Source of the DNA: Infirmifilum sp.
GTDB taxonomy: Archaea > Thermoproteota > Thermoprotei > Thermofilales > Thermofilaceae
Direction: 5' to 3'
Assembly: GCA_041287245.1 (NCBI GenBank)
Contig: JBEULP010000100.1
Span: forward strand, 1-12,032
DNA: 12,032 nucleotides
A program made the translations under genes and the position numbers. Under the pieces are notes generated by a model. It worked only from the letters and a program-made list of their open reading frames with translations, was not told where the DNA came from and searched no databases. Positions 6,753 to 12,032 of this stretch are shown here, in pieces. Each line of letters opens with the position of its first letter. Within the stretch, counting starts at the first letter, position 1.

Positions 6753-7964
6753 GTGTCGGTCTCCGAACACTACGCTAAGCCGCTTGTCCAGCGTGAAGTC
6801 TCCGACTTCCTGCGAGGCAGGTGGGTCGCAATACACTGCGAGCGTAAAATGAGAGACGGGAGACCCCTGCTCGTCAGGTACTACCGTGGCACACCCCTCC
6901 GCGTCGACACGCCAGGGGATCTACAAGCCTTGATGCGCAGGCTAAATTACCTTGCCCCAAGGGCCTTCTACGGCACAGCCAGCATCTACAGGGAGCTGCG
7001 AACACGGGAGGACGCCTTGAACTATACTGAGAACATACGTCTCCGAACCCTAACATGGGATATAGACTCAACCCCCGAGCACTGGCGCGCGACAGTCGAA
7101 GTCGCCAGGGTAATCCTAGACGAGCTCGAGAAAAACGGGGTGGCTAAAAGCGTGTGGCTAAAGTGGAGCGGGCGGGGCATGCACGTCCACATACACGAGA
7201 ACGCCCTGGGCGAAAAATACCTTCTAGAGAAAGGCGTACTAGACGCCACATGGTCCGTCGTACAGCTTGTCCTCGAAAACATCAAGGAAAAAGTCCAGAG
7301 GGTCAACGCAACCCACGGCTCAAAGATAAAAGTCGAAAACCTCATGGACCCCCAGCGCGTGTTCACCTCGCCCCTAAGCCTCCACAGGCAACTCGACGCC
7401 GTATGCGTCGCCCTAAAACCAGAAGACCTAGACGCTTTCGACCCCAGCTGGACACAACCCGAGCAGTTCAGGCACAACCCGCGGTGGCGGGAATTCGAGG
7501 AGGGCGAGGCCATACCACTCGCGGAAGAGGCGCTTCGCAGGATAGGGGGCTACCTCGGGAAGACGAGACCCCTCGCGCGACCTACCCCCACGGTGCGCCG
7601 CGAGCCCGTAAACCCGGCTCCCCGTCTAATAGAAGCTCTAAGCTTAGCAAAACTCAGAATAAGAGAGAACCCGGGCCCCCTCCTCAGGCGTAAGCTCCTC
7701 TACGACCCCCGGCTAGCCGTCCAGTACCTGGAGGACATCCTAAGCCACTACATACTTGGCAACATAACGAGGGAGCAGGCTGAGTCGCTAATAAGCAGCA
7801 CGATGAACGTCACGCTGTTAACACAGGGGTACGCCCAGGGGGACGTGGAGAAGCTGCGAAGCCTCTACGCGCAAGCGCTGGAGCTTATAAGGGTGACGGG
7901 CTCGCCTGAGGAGCTCCGGAGAGCTCTTGGGCGAGGCTTGGGCAGTGTTAGGGACGAGGGGTAA
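6753..7964 (+). CDS. Archaeo-eukaryotic primase (PriS-like) paralog with extra C-terminal helical domain
   Basis: AEP motif I 'LTWDIDS', motif II 'WSGRGMHVH' and PriS-like 'DPQRVFTSPLSLH...VCVAL...L..FDP'. The ORF is open from TTG 6696; GTG 6753 (or 6747) is preferred because of AGGTG at 6745-6749. Confidence 0.8.
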   Translation: MSVSEHYAKPLVQREVSDFLRGRWVAIHCERKMRDGRPLLVRYYRGTPLRVDTPGDLQALMRRLNYLAPRAFYGTASIYRELRTREDALNYTENIRLRTLTWDIDSTPEHWRATVEVARVILDELEKNGVAKSVWLKWSGRGMHVHIHENALGEKYLLEKGVLDATWSVVQLVLENIKEKVQRVNATHGSKIKVENLMDPQRVFTSPLSLHRQLDAVCVALKPEDLDAFDPSWTQPEQFRHNPRWREFEEGEAIPLAEEALRRIGGYLGKTRPLARPTPTVRREPVNPAPRLIEALSLAKLRIRENPGPLLRRKLLYDPRLAVQYLEDILSHYILGNITREQAESLISSTMNVTLLTQGYAQGDVEKLRSLYAQALELIRVTGSPEELRRALGRGLGSVRDEG

Positions 7965-7991
7965 GCCCGTGAAGCTAGGCAAATATGTAAG

Positions 7992-8017
7992 ATAAGACTT
8001 ATATATTAGGCTCTTAT
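7992..8017 (+). promoter_or_regulatory. TATA box of MFS gene embedded in an inverted repeat
   Basis: TTATATAT at 7999-8006, about 32 nt before ATG 8039, flanked by ATAAGA (7992-7997) and TCTTAT (8012-8017). Confidence 0.5.
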
Positions 8018-8038
8018 GATATGTATAGTTGAAGTTAC

Positions 8039-9205
8039 ATGTTTAAGCTTAGAGCAGAGCTTGACAGAAGCCTGGCTGCCCTCCTACTACTCGCCCTATT
8101 CAGCTCGGTAGGAAACGGCATCATAAACGTCGTCCTACAGCCATACCTCAAGCACCTAGGCCTCAACTCACAGGAGGTCGGAATACTCCAGTCAATCTCA
8201 GCCATAGCCACCGCCCTCTCACTAGTACCCTCAGCCTACCTCGCAGACCTCTACGGGCGTAAGAAAATAGCCATAGCAAGCCTAGCCCTGTCCCTACCAG
8301 GCTTCCTTCTCATCGTGTTCACAGACAAGTTCCACCCCCTAGCCGTGGGCTTCGCATTTCTAGGCACAGGCAACGCCTTAACAGCAGTCACCCTAAACCC
8401 ACTACTCGCCGACATAACCCCAAGAGACAAGCTCGACACAGTAGCCTCAGCCTTTCAAATCCTATCCCTAGCTGGAGGCTCGGCAGGAATGCTCCTAACC
8501 TGGACACCACAACTCCTCGGGTCAAGCATCGACAGCCTTTTACACGCATACCGGCTCCTAATGATCGCCGGAGGAGCAGTCACCACTTCAGGCTTCGCCC
8601 TCCTACTCCTAGTACGCGACCCAGCCACTACCAGACAAGGCCTCAAGCTCACATTCTCCCGGGACTCGCTAGTACTGGCAGCCCTCCAGGCGGCGACGGC
8701 GATAGGCGCAGGAGCCTCGGTATGGCTCATAAACTACTACTTCGCCGCTAAGTTCGGGGTCGAAGCAGGAGAACTAGGCACCAGGATGCTAGCCGAGTCC
8801 CTAATCTTAATACCAGCGACCTCCGCTGCACCCATCATCTCAAGCAAGCTCGGCACGCTCAAATCGCTCCTCCTCCTACAGCTAGCCTCAATACCCTTCC
8901 TCGCCTCAACACCACTTGCACCAAACTTCCCAGCTGCAGCCTCCCTCTTCACACTCCGAAGCATACTAATGAACGCCAGCAACCCCCTCCTCTGGGCCTT
9001 AACCATGCGCATAATCCCAGAAGACGAGAGATCCCGCTACACCATGCTAAACATCCTCGCCTCGCAACTAGGAGGCGGCGCAGGCTCAGCCATAGGAGGC
9101 TACCTCATGTCCACAAACCTAGACCTCCCACTATACTTCACCACCACAGTCTACCTCCTCGTCTCAATAACCCTATACCACTACCTAAAACCCAAAACCA
9201 CGTAG
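8039..9205 (+). CDS. MFS transporter (12 TM)
   Basis: 388 aa hydrophobic protein with MFS motif A 'AYLADLYGRKK', 'LLADITPRDK' and 'IPEDERSR'. Confidence 0.92.
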   Translation: MFKLRAELDRSLAALLLLALFSSVGNGIINVVLQPYLKHLGLNSQEVGILQSISAIATALSLVPSAYLADLYGRKKIAIASLALSLPGFLLIVFTDKFHPLAVGFAFLGTGNALTAVTLNPLLADITPRDKLDTVASAFQILSLAGGSAGMLLTWTPQLLGSSIDSLLHAYRLLMIAGGAVTTSGFALLLLVRDPATTRQGLKLTFSRDSLVLAALQAATAIGAGASVWLINYYFAAKFGVEAGELGTRMLAESLILIPATSAAPIISSKLGTLKSLLLLQLASIPFLASTPLAPNFPAAASLFTLRSILMNASNPLLWALTMRIIPEDERSRYTMLNILASQLGGGAGSAIGGYLMSTNLDLPLYFTTTVYLLVSITLYHYLKPKTT

Positions 9206-9312
9206 ACACGAGTACTTAGAACTTGTACAATCCCGAACACTCATTATAGCTAGGTGTAGGTAGTCACAGAAAAATTGTTGCGCTTTAACTGCAAATGATA
9301 AATTCTTGCAAA

Positions 9313-10131
9313 TTAAACTTCTTCCACTACGTTATACCACCTTTTCTTCGTACCCACCTTGCTCCTCTTAATCCATTTTTCAGACTTCGGTGTTTTCTCG
9401 ATGCTATCTACTATGGTTTCTATCTTCCTTAAACCTTCCTGTAAAATTTCATTGTACTCTGTGAGTTTAGATGTATACTCCTGCATGAAAAGTTTGAGCT
9501 TGTTAAGATTTGTCACAGCGTCAAAATAGAAACCCCAGTCGTCGCTGAGAAGACTTGTTATTCTCTGAAGATTTATCCTTGTTTCATCACCATCCGAGAG
9601 TTCGAGACACGAAAGCAAGACCGCCATGTCAGCCAGATCCTTCCTATTGATATCATGTATCTGCAGCTTTAAGAGTAGCAGATCAGCTGGAGATAAAGTA
9701 TACTTTCCTAGCTCGAGCCTACCTTTGCCAGGCTCTGATCCAAGGTCTATTTCATGGCTGAACAATAGAGGGGAGAAAAACACGTCCACGGTGAAGAGGT
9801 TCTCAGGATGGTAGAAGATCGCTCTGCGATCCCCGAAAACTGCGTTCACGTAGTGGTCCGGCTTGTATCCCTTTTTCCTAAAAAACTCCTCGATCTTTCC
9901 TCTTTGTTTCTTGTAAGCCGCGAGGTCAAGATCTGTAAGCTGGAACACTCCCGCCTCTACCCTACCCAGCTTGTTGTACAACTGTAGACAATTCGGACTG
10001 TCTTCCAATTGGATCAGCGTTGCTAACGCTCCCATCACCCTTAGTACCAGCTGGTTTTCTCCAGCCTCATCCAGGAGCTGCTTTACAAGGACCTTAAAAT
10101 CATCCGGCTTCATAAGGACTTTCTTAGACAT
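9313..10131 (-). CDS. Uncharacterised nucleotidyltransferase-fold (Pol-beta superfamily) protein
   Basis: 'LRVMGALA' (hG[GAS]xA), 'TDLDL' (DxD), third acidic residue in 'VDVF', and C-terminal 'LLLLKL....NRKDLAD' (K...KD..D helix pair). Start is ATG 10131 after GGTGG, or ATG 10143. Confidence 0.65.
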   Translation of the reverse strand: MSKKVLMKPDDFKVLVKQLLDEAGENQLVLRVMGALATLIQLEDSPNCLQLYNKLGRVEAGVFQLTDLDLAAYKKQRGKIEEFFRKKGYKPDHYVNAVFGDRRAIFYHPENLFTVDVFFSPLLFSHEIDLGSEPGKGRLELGKYTLSPADLLLLKLQIHDINRKDLADMAVLLSCLELSDGDETRINLQRITSLLSDDWGFYFDAVTNLNKLKLFMQEYTSKLTEYNEILQEGLRKIETIVDSIEKTPKSEKWIKRSKVGTKKRWYNVVEEV

Positions 10132-10149
10132 TACAACCACCATGGCCAG

Positions 10150-11181
10150 CTATGGCTTGATCATAATTTTCATGGAGATGTTTTTATCCTCCCAGGTCTT
10201 CAAGGCGTTATGGAACTCAGAGAGAGGGAACCTGTGTGATATCAGCTTCTCAAGACGCACCCGATGCGAAGCGATCAGGGAAAAAGCTTTTTGGTACTCC
10301 CAGTATGTGTAATTCGAACTACCTATTAAGCTACGCTCCCCGTAATGTATCAAGTTGAGGTCCAAGGTGGCTGTCGAGCTACCACTTGGTAGCCCGGCGA
10401 AGATCGACACTACACCAGTCTTAGACACCATTCTCATTGCCTGGTTGAGAGTTGCCTGACTAACAACCGTAAGAAATACGATATCAGCCCCTCCGAGCTT
10501 CTGGGCAATATCTATCGGGTCTTGCTCGTTAATGTTCACAGTCCTAGTGGCGCCGAGCTCTTCTCCTAGTTTAAGCTTCCAATCTGTTACCCCGACAAGT
10601 ACAACCTCGTCCGCCCCATACAGGCTCGATAATATCACATGCTTTAGACCCATGGGCCCGTCCCCGATTACGAACACCTTTTTCCCAGGAGAAGTTCTAG
10701 CCGACTCGACGTCGTGCAGCACGCAGGCTAAAGGCTCAGTCATTGCCACCTCTTCTAGCGACACACCCTCCGGAACCTTGAATATAAGCCCACGCTCGAC
10801 AAAACGCTTCGGAACTCTTAGAAATTCCGCATGACCACCGTCTACCTGGAAGCCAAACGTAATGGGATTTTCACAAAGGTTTTCACGCCCCATCCTGCAA
10901 TATCGGCATTGACCGCAATACGCGTCAGCCGGAATGTTGACCTTTTCCCCCTCCTCTATCCCCTCCACTCCCGGTCCTACCTCGTAAACAGTCCCAGCTA
11001 CCTCGTGTCCAAGGATGACGGGGTATCTAGCTGAGGAACTCCCAAACCTGTAGACCTTAACGTCTGTGGGGCAAAGTCCGCTAGCTTCAATTTTAACTGT
11101 TATCTCCCCAGGCCCCGGCTCTGGATAAGGAACCTCCTCTATTCTGAGATCCCCCGGCTTGTGGAGAACCGCCGCTTTCAC
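10150..11181 (-). CDS. Zn-dependent medium-chain dehydrogenase (sorbitol/L-iditol 2-dehydrogenase-like)
   Basis: Catalytic Zn motifs 'GLCPTD', 'GHEVAG' and 'EPLAC'; structural Zn 'CGQCRYCRMGRENLC'; Rossmann 'GDGPMG'. Start GTG 11181 follows the GAGGTG RBS. Confidence 0.92.
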   Translation of the reverse strand: MKAAVLHKPGDLRIEEVPYPEPGPGEITVKIEASGLCPTDVKVYRFGSSSARYPVILGHEVAGTVYEVGPGVEGIEEGEKVNIPADAYCGQCRYCRMGRENLCENPITFGFQVDGGHAEFLRVPKRFVERGLIFKVPEGVSLEEVAMTEPLACVLHDVESARTSPGKKVFVIGDGPMGLKHVILSSLYGADEVVLVGVTDWKLKLGEELGATRTVNINEQDPIDIAQKLGGADIVFLTVVSQATLNQAMRMVSKTGVVSIFAGLPSGSSTATLDLNLIHYGERSLIGSSNYTYWEYQKAFSLIASHRVRLEKLISHRFPLSEFHNALKTWEDKNISMKIMIKP

Positions 11182-11203
11182 TAGGCACACCTCTCAAACA
11201 GGC

Positions 11204-12031
11204 TCATGCGACAGGCTCGTGTGTACTCTTCATCCTTGTGTTCGCTGCAGACCCCAACACTTTGTAGGCTTCCTCTACCGAAGCGCCCTGCTTAACTATG
11301 AGCGAGACGGCTTTCACCATAAGCTGTGGATTGTCCCAGCCCCAGATGTTCCTACCCATACACGTCCCTATAGCCCCCGCCTCCATCACAGCTTTCACAA
11401 ACTTTAACACTTCGAGCTGCGAGGAAAGCCTTGGCCCGCCAGCAGCCACTATGGGCGCGAGGGAGTACTTGACTATCTTGGGATACAGGCTCGTATCCCT
11501 CGGGAAGAACGTTTTCACTATATCCGCGCCTTGCTCACTTAGAGTTCTGGCTCCCTGTCTGATAACCTCAAATTTCTCTTCCTCGGGAATCTTGCTCCAG
11601 GGTTCGGCCTCTCCTATCACGGGCATTCCAAACTCCGACGCCTGATCCACGACCTCCCCGAAGTAGACCAACTGATCCGCCTCCATAGGATGCCCTATGG
11701 TTACGGTAAACACTACAGCGTCTGCCCCGATCCTGACCGCCTCCAACACTTTATCCAAGAGCCTTTGATTCTGCAAGTCGGGCGAAGTAGCTGTTGCGCC
11801 GCTAAGACGGTATACGATGCCTGTTCTGCCCGCTACAACATCTAGCACGCGTGCAAGTAAACCCCTCCTTACGAGTAGAGCATCAGCACCCCCCGTAATA
11901 AGGGCCTCAACAAGAGACCTGTAGTTTTCAAGTTGCTCGAAATAACCCTCGATCCCATGGTCAATGGGAACAATTATTGTTTTCCCAGATGAGGGGACAA
12001 TTCTTCGCAGACGCAACAGTTTTTCGTTCAT
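11204..12031 (-). CDS. DhnA-type class I aldolase (FbaB/LsrF-like TIM barrel)
   Basis: Motifs 'IVPIDHG', 'GADAV', Schiff-base Lys in 'GADIVKT', 'AGGP' and 'MGRNIW'. The ATG is at the window edge. Confidence 0.9.
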   Translation of the reverse strand: MNEKLLRLRRIVPSSGKTIIVPIDHGIEGYFEQLENYRSLVEALITGGADALLVRRGLLARVLDVVAGRTGIVYRLSGATATSPDLQNQRLLDKVLEAVRIGADAVVFTVTIGHPMEADQLVYFGEVVDQASEFGMPVIGEAEPWSKIPEEEKFEVIRQGARTLSEQGADIVKTFFPRDTSLYPKIVKYSLAPIVAAGGPRLSSQLEVLKFVKAVMEAGAIGTCMGRNIWGWDNPQLMVKAVSLIVKQGASVEEAYKVLGSAANTRMKSTHEPVA

Positions 12032-12032
12032 A

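Noticed and set aside
7154..7693. 179-aa alternative-frame ORF inside the AEP gene, and the antisense 7022..7513 ORF
   Set aside because: Arg/Pro- or Ser-rich low-information translations typical of shadow frames, with no motifs.
11198..11218. ACAGGCTC direct repeat with 13-nt period at the aldolase 3' end
   Set aside because: At most a tiny tandem duplication around the stop codon. It is too short to support a target-site duplication or a regulatory role.
8251..11645. Antisense ORFs within the MFS, NTase, dehydrogenase and aldolase genes
   Set aside because: They are shadows of the real genes' codon bias, with no independent evidence.

Overview
Gene-dense archaeal chromosomal window. Codon style, AGGTG/GGTGG ribosome-binding sites and TATA-like promoters suggest a thermophilic crenarchaeon, Thermofilaceae-like by impression only. 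In order: the 3' end of an MFS transporter; an unannotated, decayed HAD-hydrolase pseudogene (260..448, -); a CARF-like/winged-helix (Csa3/DUF6293-like) regulator transcribed divergently from a stand-alone nurA-herA pair with no mre11/rad50; a small membrane protein; an ArsB/NhaD-type ion transporter; a YjjX-type ITPase/XTPase; a PriS-like archaeo-eukaryotic primase paralog with an extra C-terminal domain; a second MFS transporter; and a minus-strand operon (DhnA-type class I aldolase, Zn-dependent polyol dehydrogenase, uncharacterised nucleotidyltransferase-fold protein). The best candidate for an undescribed system is the CARF-wHTH regulator plus NurA-HerA module. Its 250-bp shared intergenic region carries repeated GTAAC-N8-GTTAC palindromes that look like operators. 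No CRISPR array, RNA gene or mobile element was recognised.
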